A DNA stretch of 32,000 nucleotides from Corynebacterium glutamicum ATCC 13032 (GCF_000011325.1 NC_003450.3:1980001-2012000), one strand, 5' to 3'. Shown: positions 8,367 to 16,665, numbered from the stretch's first letter. Numbers and translations are program-made. Notes: generated by a model from the sequence alone, not told the origin.

Positions 8367-8664
8367 TCATAAGTCTTGCCTCTTGCCGGGAAAATATTTA
8401 GCAGCCTTGCGCAAAATGTCGCGTTCTTCACGCAGTAGTGCGTTTTCCTTCTTTAGCTGTCTGATTTGTTCAGCTTCCGACATTGCTGTTGCTTCTTTGG
8501 TGTTGGTTGAGGCATGCGCACCGTATTTATTGATCGAAGTTTTTCAGGGTTACTCGGTTGATGCCGAGATCGTTGGCGATCTGTTGGAGTGAGGCCCCAT
8601 CGGAGTTCTCGTACAAAGCAACGGCGTCGCGTTTGAACTCCTCGGAGTAGGTCTTGGTTGGCAT
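8367..8664 (-). pseudogene. IS3-family transposase orfA (HTH + leucine zipper), frameshifted
   Basis: ATG at 8664 (RBS gaaagg) gives MPTKTYSEEFKRDAVALYENSDGASLQQIANDLGINRVTLKNFDQ*. The zipper part (..INKYGAH..EAEQIRQLKKENALLREERDILRKAAKYF..) continues in another frame. Confidence 0.7.
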
Positions 8665-8757
8665 GATAGGTAGGTTACCTTTCTGTCCCAGAATGTTGGG
8701 ATGTTAGGTGTCTACCAAACAGGGGTCAGGTCCTATTTGTCATAAACTTTCTCCTTA

Positions 8758-9721
8758 GAGATTGCGCGGATAGATTAAGGTCTGTGGCCCGGTCGGGTGT
8801 CCCAGCGGTAACTAGTCCAGGCCTGTTTGATAAGCCGACGCAGAATAATCACCGCGTTGGCTAAAGCGATAAACGCTTCCACAACCCGGGTACAACGTTC
8901 GGTGCAGATACTAAGTTTCTTAAAACCCCGGTTATGCCAAGAGTTAGTACGCTCCACCACCCACCGAGTCCCAGCCTGCAGCGGCTCACCTTTAATGCTG
9001 ATCACCCAGCTATAACCAAATTCGCTGAGTAGCCTGCGGGTTTTCTTCGAGTCATACCCAGCATCGAGATGCACCGTGATCTGATCGGGAAGAGAGCCCC
9101 CAAACCGGCCGAGCGTGTCCAAGGTTGCAGCTAACAACGGTAAATCATGCCGATTGGCTCCGGCGACCACGCACCCGATCGGGATTCCATGTCCATCGAC
9201 CATTAACGAGCGTTTGGTGCCTTTTTCCCGGTCAACCGGGAATCTGCCGGCTACCTCTCCGCCGCAGGGAGCTTTAACAATGCAGCCATCAACATTTAAG
9301 TTTTCTAGGTCTAACCCGATGAAACGGTCGTAGGACTCCAGACAGATCTGTTCTAAATTCTTGAAAATCCCGGCAGTGATCCACTCGTCTCGGCGGGTGC
9401 GTATCGTGGTGGCTGAGCAGGTGGAATCGGAAATCTTGATATAGGAGACACCGAGGACAAGCACTGCGATGAGTTTGTCGACGATGATCCGGTCAGCAAT
9501 GCGTGCACGGTGGCACCCTAGTGGGTGGGTGATGATAACCGGTGGGATTAAGGCGGAGAACTGGCGCCAGAGGGGGTCGATGATAGATGATGGAAGGGCA
9601 GGCACGAGTACTCCTGGGGTGTTTACGTTTTCTTGGTCGAATTCGTATTTACCAGGCCTCGTGCTTGTTCTATTTCATGACCCCTATGTTTTCCCTTTTA
9701 TCCACCTATCCGCGCAATCTC
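8758..9721 (-). mobile_element. Intact IS5-family (IS427/IS1031-like) insertion sequence, 964 bp, with a 3-bp TSD
   Basis: Perfect 16-bp terminal inverted repeats: gagattgcgcggatag (8758-8773) and ctatccgcgcaatctc (9706-9721). Flanked by direct TTA at 8755-8757 and 9722-9724. Confidence 0.85.
8775..9605 (-). CDS. IS5-family DDE transposase (276 aa)
   Basis: DDE_Tnp_1-type motifs: LMVDGHGIPIG, VHLDAGYD, RWVVERTNSWHNRGFKKL. A single uninterrupted ORF fills the IS. Confidence 0.85.
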   Translation of the reverse strand: MPALPSSIIDPLWRQFSALIPPVIITHPLGCHRARIADRIIVDKLIAVLVLGVSYIKISDSTCSATTIRTRRDEWITAGIFKNLEQICLESYDRFIGLDLENLNVDGCIVKAPCGGEVAGRFPVDREKGTKRSLMVDGHGIPIGCVVAGANRHDLPLLAATLDTLGRFGGSLPDQITVHLDAGYDSKKTRRLLSEFGYSWVISIKGEPLQAGTRWVVERTNSWHNRGFKKLSICTERCTRVVEAFIALANAVIILRRLIKQAWTSYRWDTRPGHRP

Positions 9722-9789
9722 TTAAATTTAATCACCTATTAATTAGAGAAAATTCTAGCAATCAAATTCGCATTTCTATACAGGTGCGA

Positions 9790-9839
9790 ACACGACAAAG
9801 CCCTCCCCGGAACTTAGTCCGAGAAGGGCTTTGTCGTGT
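9790..9839 (-). terminator. Strong hairpin downstream of the pentapeptide-repeat gene
   Basis: acacgacaaagccct ... agggctttgtcgtgt (15-bp perfect stem), 30 nt past the stop at 9871. The U-tract is weak. Confidence 0.5.
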
Positions 9840-9870
9840 TCTCAAATGCTGTCAAAACTGAATGATTATG

Positions 9871-10764
9871 CTACGAACAATAGCGATCGGCAACAAACTG
9901 CACCTCACCCCACTTCGTCGAAATAGTCTCATAATCACTGTAACGTTTTCGCTCTAAAAGCGACCCATCTGGAAACACAGTCTCATGATCTACAACCGCC
10001 TCGGAGAGATTAATAGCATCATCGGACCCCTCCAAATTCGCCCCTTTTAGATTACATCCCCGGAAGATGGCGTCCGAAGCGTTCTTAAACACACACCGAC
10101 TCCCTTGTAAATCAGCATTCCCAAAGAAGGCATTAGTGATGTCCGCAGAAATATCAGCAAAATTTATCACCGCTTCACGAAACCGACTATGCGACAAATC
10201 ACCCGAAATTACAGTATCGCCCAACTGAGCGCCAATAAAGCTGCAGTAGGAAAGATCGCAATTCGTTAATCGTGCATATTGCCATGAACACTCACCAAAA
10301 TTTGCACCAGAAAAACAACAATCCGACACATTCACCGAATCTGTTTTTAAGGCATATAGCCGAAGACTGACCTCAACTTCAAACGACGGGGTCTTGTCCA
10401 AAGGAGCATGGAAAACATGTGTTGATGGTACCGCCTGTGCCTCAAACCTTTCGGGGGATTCATCAGACGCGCGCCCTAACCTCCGCCCCAGTTGCTCAAA
10501 TATTTGCCGTCCTACAGTAATCTCAGACCAACCGTATTTCCGTGGAAAATCTGATTCGACAAACATATGCGTAACAACAATGTCACACAGTGACTGAACG
10601 ATACTCGCTCCATAAGTTGTACCCGTTGCTGCAGCGCGATCCATGGATCTAAACGCATGTTGAACTGTGGCAGAGCGGATCGCGCTGTTAACGCTACTTA
10701 AACCCGCAATCAAGGGAGCAAAAATATCGCCTTCAAGAAGGAAAGCTTCATCAGTCTTGTTCAT
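9871..10764 (-). CDS. Pentapeptide-repeat protein with an unassigned ~150-aa N-terminal domain (297 aa)
   Basis: The C-terminal half has an A(D/N)LXX-type periodicity: NCDLSYCSFIGAQLGDTVISGDLSHSRFREAVINFADISADITNAFFGNADLQGSRCVFKNASDAIFRGCNLKGANLEGSD. Confidence 0.8.
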   Translation of the reverse strand: MNKTDEAFLLEGDIFAPLIAGLSSVNSAIRSATVQHAFRSMDRAAATGTTYGASIVQSLCDIVVTHMFVESDFPRKYGWSEITVGRQIFEQLGRRLGRASDESPERFEAQAVPSTHVFHAPLDKTPSFEVEVSLRLYALKTDSVNVSDCCFSGANFGECSWQYARLTNCDLSYCSFIGAQLGDTVISGDLSHSRFREAVINFADISADITNAFFGNADLQGSRCVFKNASDAIFRGCNLKGANLEGSDDAINLSEAVVDHETVFPDGSLLERKRYSDYETISTKWGEVQFVADRYCS

Positions 10765-11185
10765 CCCAGTCCATGCCTTTCTTCTGGTTCATGTGGGGAA
10801 GTGCTTTCCTCATACCTGCTTTCTAAAAGCCCTCAAGCTTCAAGCCTTAAGCCCTAAGAAAGAACTATTCTCAGGAGCTTTCCGTGTACTAACTCGCGTT
10901 GTTCATACCGCAGGAGCTTTCACAACAATACCGTGCCCAAAAACGCTAAAGTGTGTGACCAAAATTTTTGGAGTTCCTGCACTAAACGCTCATGTGCATG
11001 CAGTGAGACGTGATCGCCAATGAAATCTGGGCTGCGCTCAGCGCGTTGTTTCCTGCTATATAAACCTCAGATAGCCCACCGGCAGAACAGACCTAGGTTT
11101 ACTAACGATGTCAGCAGTTCTTGCAGAAAACTTCCGGGGTCACAACATCGTCGCCACCCTACACTGGGGTGAGCACGACGTGATC

Positions 11186-11620
11186 TCAATACTCCTCGAA
11201 TGCACTCGATTGTGCTCGCTGCATGGCCCTGGCCTGCGAATTGAGCCCTTCGCACCAGGAGGGGTAAACACGAAATCCACGTTTACCCGGCTGTCCGTCT
11301 GCTGCGGTAATCCCCAATTCTGCAAGATGACCAGCGGAAAACCTAAACACTCCGCGCCGAACATCGTTCCTCACAAAGACAAGAAGACCAGCATTCATCC
11401 CGTCGTCACTAAACGGCTGGGTCTGCCCTCCCACGCCTCGCTGCCAAAAGGCAACAAAGGCACCCGGCTTCGACGGCGTGTTCCGGCCAGTCCGGACATG
11501 CCACTCATGACCTTCAACCTGTGCTAATCCTGATTCATAATCACTGTTCTGTGGCTCAGGGGCGACCGAAACAGTTATGCCCAGCTCGGTCGACCACATC
11601 TCCAACGCGCTAAATCCCAT
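11186..11620 (-). CDS. MepB-family protein (144 aa)
   Basis: RTGRNTPSKPGAFVAFWQR ... GLLVFV ... GVFRFSAGHLAELGI ... GKRGFRVYPSW matches my memory of the MepB family signature (the S. aureus MepB fold is endonuclease-like). Confidence 0.65.
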   Translation of the reverse strand: MGFSALEMWSTELGITVSVAPEPQNSDYESGLAQVEGHEWHVRTGRNTPSKPGAFVAFWQRGVGGQTQPFSDDGMNAGLLVFVRNDVRRGVFRFSAGHLAELGITAADGQPGKRGFRVYPSWCEGLNSQARAMQRAQSSAFEEY

Positions 11621-11791
11621 GAGCTCAACTTATCAACTTCAGCCGCAGGAAGCCTACTGCCTCCTCTCGCCTCCTTCCGCAATACTCCCTAGATCTTGTT
11701 TAACCGTCAGGAGTTGGAGGGTATATCCGGCTACTGAACGACAACACTTTTAAACGACGGCGCTTGCGACTATTACCTTTGACCCGGCGCA

Positions 11792-12538
11792 CTAATCAAT
11801 TTTGAAAACGCGCACCATTAGGTAATCTCTCGATAAATAGTGTTTGGCCAGTAACAGACTCAAAAGCTTCTGCAAACTTGTTAAATCGTCAAAACAGCCG
11901 TTGACAAAGCTCTCCCACCACCGCAACTCTGCATCATGACTCCAATAAAATTCCTCAACCGGCATTTGATAGGCATAACGTTCAGCTGTAGAAGGCCCCA
12001 GCATCATCCAACTCGTCGCTAATGCTGACTCCCACAATTCAAGATCTGTCTTTTCGAAAACCGAGCTAATAGGACTAGGCGAACCAGGACTCAGTGCACA
12101 ATATCCCACAAGCTCACAACGTCCAGCCGACTGCGCCCACTCCTGATCAGGATCAACAATCAGCGCACGCCCAACCTTGACATCAATTCCGGTGTGCTGC
12201 ACAAAGAACTCTAACCATTCCTGTAACTCAGATACAGTGAGCACATCCGGTAGATCAGCTACTAAGGATCTTATATTGGACGAGAAAAGTGACCACTTTT
12301 CAGCAACGATCGCTTGAAAAAGACACTGCCGAACAGCTCCGGCTATGCGCTGATTAGTAAATACATTACCTGGGAATGGTAGTGAACTACCGTCCCTTTT
12401 TGTCACTCTAGAAAATGCATTCCACTTTCCCATGATGTTGATGAGTAGAAAATCTAGACTTAGCGATGGCCCGATAAAGCGAAATCCGGAAGTTTTATAG
12501 CCTCTAGTGTAGATGCACAGTTGATGGGGTTCTGTCAT
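11792..12538 (-). CDS. Hypothetical cytosolic protein (248 aa), translationally coupled to the upstream LGFP gene; candidate immunity protein
   Basis: Its ATG overlaps the upstream stop as ATGA (12535-12538). No signal peptide or TM segment, Trp-rich, no family recognised. Confidence 0.65.
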   Translation of the reverse strand: MTEPHQLCIYTRGYKTSGFRFIGPSLSLDFLLINIMGKWNAFSRVTKRDGSSLPFPGNVFTNQRIAGAVRQCLFQAIVAEKWSLFSSNIRSLVADLPDVLTVSELQEWLEFFVQHTGIDVKVGRALIVDPDQEWAQSAGRCELVGYCALSPGSPSPISSVFEKTDLELWESALATSWMMLGPSTAERYAYQMPVEEFYWSHDAELRWWESFVNGCFDDLTSLQKLLSLLLAKHYLSRDYLMVRVFKID

Positions 12539-14430
12539 ATGCGAAGCTTATTATAAAGATTCACATGATCAGGACATTGGGAAATTTCCGGCTCGTGTTC
12601 GATTCCACCAGGTGGGGTTGAATTACACCATGCTGAAATTACCCCCTTGGGTCTGTTCGAATTTGCTCCAGTGAAAGTATGAGGATTGTAAATAATAGTC
12701 ACCCATTGCGGAGCGTGCATTTCTTTACATCCTGAGTTCTTATTGAATGTATAAGTTCTGCAATCTAGAAAGTACACCGTTTTCTCGAACTTGTAATAGC
12801 TGGTTCCTGGCGATGAGCCATAATCAATCACCGCTTTATCTACTACGGCCTCAGCCATAGCGTGGTTGGCGAAGTTGTGTTTGCAATAGTTTTTTAAATA
12901 TCCCCAGCCTTCATTCCTGTAACGGTCATAATGCCCTTTTCTCACCACAAATCTGAACTCGGTGGGGAAACCTCGCGAACTATACTCTTTTTTGATCGGG
13001 CCACCATTCTTTTCAATGTTGTTTTCAGTTTTTCTCTGCTCATCTAAATCGGGAAGATTCTTGCAATCCACGTATTGTGCACGCTGGGAAAACAGGGTCA
13101 TCTCTTGGCTCGATGAGGATGAGCCGCTACTTCCAATTGGGAGGAAATCCTCCAAACTTCTTTCTTCATCGTCAGGAATCCATGTCAGTGCATCACCTGA
13201 GCCTAAAACAACACCTCTGGTGAATTCTTGTTCGAGTGACTCATTTAATGATGTCAATGATGGTATCGGCCACCCTAAAGGAGTATCGGTATTTTGGTAT
13301 TGCAGCCACAGGGAGTAAACATCACCATACAGCTCTCTGGCGCCTAGGATTCCATTCCACGCAATCACCCCGCGCTCCGCAAAATTCACCACATGGAATA
13401 GACCAGAAACCTCAGGTGTTTCATCTGCTTCAGGAAAACCTAAACGACCCGTCTCCCGACCCAACGCATCCCACACCCGCTGCGTAGCCAAATACATAAA
13501 CCGTGTCTGACGATCATTTCGCCACGAAATTGTTCCATTGGAGAAATTATTGTAAAAATACTCAGTACCGCTAGGTAGCTCATTAGTGATCGGGATGCCA
13601 ATGGCATGATTCGAGCCGCCAAGTTCTTCGTAGCGCTGTTTAATATCGCCCCACACAGCACCGCCAGTCAATGGGTTGTAGTAGTTGTCACCACCTTGAA
13701 AAGTCTGTCGCTGAGTAAGGGGATAGTTTGTATCCATCGGACCAGAGGTTGGGTACCCCAATGGCCCTGATTCCCAGTTCAAGGTCCCCCACTGTCGCAA
13801 ACCGTCCAAGGTCACTGCATAAGCGCCTGTGTCTGGGTGCCAATAGATGGCTCCACCAAAAAATTCACTTCTTTTGCCAACACCGTCGGGATTGGTCAAC
13901 TCGTTTGACTTCGGTGGCCCAAGCCATGACAACTGACCTCCAACCTGGCGATAGGTGTCAAGAATTCGGCCACAAACTGAGAAGCCCGTTGGCCACATAA
14001 CCTCACACCCGGTGGTTGCCATCAGTCGTGCACCCTCGTTAAGTCGCGCTTCCGCAACTTCTAGCTGGTCAGCTTTCTCCTTGCTTACCCCCTCCGGTAA
14101 CTCGATAACATCTGAACGCATGTCCCCTGCAACTATGTCCCGCTTAGGCAGCGGGAGTTCCTCGACATTATCTTTACTATCGTTGACTTGCTCGTGATAC
14201 TCAACGACTACTTCTGGATGTGCTGTTTCGTAATCCTCAAGTTGTTCCTCAACTGTTGGAGCATTCCTATTGGGAACATAATCAACACCGTCATCAGCAA
14301 ACTACTCATCAGTGATTTCTTCTACAAGCTCAAATTGATCTTCCACCTGTGCTTGAGCCACCGGAGATGCAACCCCGATGGCCAGCAACATAACAGCAGA
14401 AACCCCCACTAGTCTTCGTACCAACCGCAT
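12535..14430 (-). pseudogene. Secreted LGFP-repeat protein with an orphan 6-Cys C-terminal domain, interrupted by one in-frame TAG (14302-14304)
   Basis: One continuous frame. RBS aaagg + ATG at 14430 gives MRLVRRLVGVSAVMLLAIGVASPVAQAQVEDQFELVEEITDE, then TAG, then FADDGVDYVPN.. running into the 528-aa ORF 12535-14121. Five LGFP-type repeats (LGPP, LGYP, IGIP, LGFP, LGWP), the linker GSSGSSSSSQ, then a ~190-aa Cys-rich C-terminal domain. Confidence 0.8.
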
Positions 14431-14583
14431 ATATCAAACCTTTACCTGTCGGAAAAATGTGTACAAGCTGAGGATAAGCATAAATTCGCTTAAGAGCTGG
14501 ATGAAAGAGGAAACGCTCCTCTTTTCTACCCGAAAAAGGGTGTAAGGATTGCACTGCTTAAGTGACATTAGGCCCTCCCGGGC

Positions 14584-15330
14584 AAATCCTTATTCGAACA
14601 CAGTCTACAAATCCGCTGCGATCAAAATAAACATCGACATCGGTGGTTCGTAGCGCAACGATTTCACCGAATCGAAGTGCGCCGGCAGCAGCAACAATAG
14701 CCAAACAAAAGTACTTACTCGGCAGTGCACCAATGTTCGCTTCAAGCTCGGCATCGGTTGGGGGATCAACCTTTTTCCTGTTTTGGTATTACCCCCGCCA
14801 CGTACTTTGCACGGATTCGTCGGAATGATGCCATCCTCTACCGCAGTCTCCATGACAGACTTCATCATGCTGTAACTCCGTGCCATTGAGGTCAATTTCC
14901 CATCCTGAATGGTGTCGCTATACCACTCACGGACATCAGCGACGGTGATTGCGCAGAGCGCATAATCAGCCCAATAACTTAGTCGATCTGATTTTATATA
15001 ACGAAAGTAATCATCTTTCACCCCTTGGCTAAGTTTCTTTCCTTGGGCATTTGTCCGGGTTTCTATCCACCTCGATGCATAACTAAAGAAGGTCTCCATC
15101 ATGCGTTCTTCAGCCTCAAGCTGTGCCCGCTCAAACCTCTCCCGCATCTCAAAATCCATCCATGTGCCATTGATGATGGCTGTGCGTTCAGAGGCCAAGA
15201 ACTCATTAGCCTCACCCTTGGTACCGAAAGTGTACGGGGCAGAGTATCGCCTACCCTCGTGCATGAAGCGTGCCCTGTACCTCTCCGAGCGCAACTTTTC
15301 GATCTCTCCTCAATTCCTCGATCGTGACAT
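14584..15330 (-). pseudogene. Integrase remnant (int'): N-terminal ~60% only, with nonsense and frameshift mutations
   Basis: Collinear with int codons 1 to ~250. Codon 7 is TGG->TGA (15310-15312). A 1-nt deletion near 14777 shifts the frame (..NTKTGKRLIPQPMP..). The catalytic-domain region (equivalent to 5439-5842) is absent. Confidence 0.9.
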
Positions 15331-15654
15331 ATATCACAAACCCTCTTCCATTTTTCCGCATAGTTTTCAGGTTGAGAAATGTCATTCAGTGAAGGTGTCA
15401 AAGTAGTCACTTAATGTCACTACCAGTCACTTTAGACATTTTTCCCTGCTGGTCGAGGGTGATTTTAGCATCCTTGTTCACATTTGTCATTGTCGTTTAT
15501 GCGTATAAAAGACAAACAGAAGCCATCGCTCACCCTCTCGCCCGCGTGGGGTGAACGTGGGGTGAGTGGATTCATTTCTGGTCATTCTTGGGCGCTTCCT
15601 GCTAAAATGAAGCCATCGCGACCTCGCGTTTTATGAAGGCACCAGGGCGCTACG

Positions 15655-15679
15655 GCTGGTTCGAACCCAGCTAGGACCA
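15655..15679 (+). other. tRNA 3'-end-like segment; candidate att core at the island/chromosome junction (outer copy)
   Basis: Same gctgg-ttcgaac-ccagc-taggacc-a as at 6915-6939. Here a canonical terminator follows directly, as expected downstream of a tRNA gene. Confidence 0.6.
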
Positions 15680-15685
15680 CAACTA

Positions 15686-15712
15686 AACCCCCTGTAAACA
15701 GGGGGTTTTCGT
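15686..15712 (+). terminator. Rho-independent terminator (possibly bidirectional)
   Basis: aaa-ccccctg-taaa-caggggg-tttt. An A-tract precedes it and a T-tract follows it. Confidence 0.75.
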
Positions 15713-15779
15713 CGTTTCATGACTATCTATAGCTTCTTCAGCTTTTCAAGGGATGAAGGTTCCAGCTCCTCGATTAACG

Positions 15780-16088
15780 TCAGCCAATTCCAACCATGGT
15801 TGCCACAGTTGGGAGGAAAAATACGATGAGCGCTCCCCCGATGATGTCAAAGCTAATTCCAGTGCGGATCATTCGAGCAATGGATACGCAGCCCGAACCG
15901 TAGACGATGGCGTTCTGCGGTGTGGAAATCGGAAGCATGAACCCAAATGAAGCACCGAATGCAGCCGCCATAGCCGGGATAACTGGATCAATACCGGCCG
16001 CTATGGCAAGTGGAACCACGATGGGAACGGTAACTGCTGCCGCTGCGGTATTACTCGTAGTTTCAGAAATTAGGTGTCGATGCAGCAA
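15780..16088 (-). pseudogene. C-terminal fragment of a DASS-family (divalent anion:Na+ symporter) transporter
   Basis: Only ~100 C-terminal residues remain. They carry the hairpin-tip SNT motif (ISETTSNTAAAA) and ISTPQNAIVYGSG. There is no N-terminal part and no credible start or RBS. Confidence 0.7.
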
Positions 16089-16540
16089 TACGGAACTTTG
16101 CCAATGTGTTTGAACAAGCTCTCGGGCTCACCACCCTTGCACAAACAGCTGGAGCGGGCGCAGCGGGGGGCTTGGGTTTCATGGCAATGGCGTTGTTGTC
16201 TGCAGGGATGCGCTCCGGCGTGGACATGATTCTTAATGAAACCGGGGGTGAAAAGATGCTTGCACAGGCAGATTTAGTCATCACTGGAGAAGGACGCATT
16301 GATGCACAGACCCTCAGCGGGAAAGCTCCTACTGGAATCGCCAAACGGGCACGTGCGAAAGGAATTCCAGTACTGGCGGTTTGTGGGCAGAGCCTATTGG
16401 GTCCAGCAATCTCAAATGAGCTATTTGAAGACATCTACAGCTTTACCGATTTCGAATCTGACATCAATGAATGCATTCGAAACCCGCTCCCAATTTTGGA
16501 AGGTATCGGTTTTAACATCGCCAAACATCATCTGAGTTAG
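16061..16540 (+). pseudogene. C-terminal fragment of glycerate kinase
   Basis: GAGAAGGLG and ADLVITGEGRIDAQTLSGKAPTGIA..GIPVLAVCG are the C-terminal glycerate kinase signatures. The N-terminal ~220 aa are missing. The frame opens right after a TAG at 16058-16060. Confidence 0.75.
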
Positions 16541-16575
16541 CGATATTTCAGCAAACCGATGCTATTCGATGAGCC

Positions 16576-16619
16576 AGACAGCGCTCTGATCTTTCATCCG
16601 AGAGATCAGAGCGCTGTCT
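16576..16619 (+). other. 17-bp perfect-stem hairpin downstream of the glycerate kinase relic
   Basis: agacagcgctctgatct - 10 nt - agatcagagcgctgtct. No clear U-tract. Confidence 0.6.
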
Positions 16620-16640
16620 TATTCCTAAGAAATGGCCTGC

Positions 16641-16665
16641 AGCGGGGAGTACTCCCCGCTTTTGC
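16641..16665 (+). terminator. 20-bp perfect palindrome + T-run (terminator or operator)
   Basis: agcggggagtactccccgct (self-complementary, verified by hand) followed by tttg. Confidence 0.5.

Larger units (their letters stand above)
7435..8728 (-). mobile_element. Decayed IS3-family insertion sequence (~1.3 kb)
   Basis: Imperfect terminal inverted repeats: cgaccccttgaaagtagacac at 7435, against the reverse complement of the 8728 end, tgacccctgtttggtagacac. orfA and orfB both run on the minus strand and both are broken. Confidence 0.75.
14584..15680. repeat. Copy 2 of the ~1.1-kb direct repeat
   Basis: See copy 1. It ends at ctaggaccac (15680) and is followed by unique chromosomal sequence. 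Confidence 0.9.

Noticed and set aside
8729-8735. GGTCCTA, the exact complement of the tRNA-like acceptor 3' strand, next to the IS3 end
   Set aside because: The downstream sequence has no D-arm or anticodon-arm features. A 7-mer match in 32 kb is compatible with chance.
10765-11185. Possible small gene or regulatory repeat (caggagctttc x2 at ~10870 and ~10908; aagc/taagc low complexity) between the pentapeptide-repeat and MepB-like genes
   Set aside because: There is no ORF with a start and RBS on the operon strand. The repeats are short and could be chance. It is treated as promoter or spacer DNA.
12538-13110. ADP-ribosyltransferase (R-S-E) reading of the LGFP protein's C-terminal domain (FVVRKG ... 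GSSPGTS ... IEHEPE), and an RNase Sa-like reading (SYYKFEKTVY)
   Set aside because: The spacing is suggestive, but the motifs are short and degenerate. There is no true STS, and the ExE is not followed by the usual hydrophobic strand. This cannot be supported without a profile or structure search, so the domain is left unassigned.
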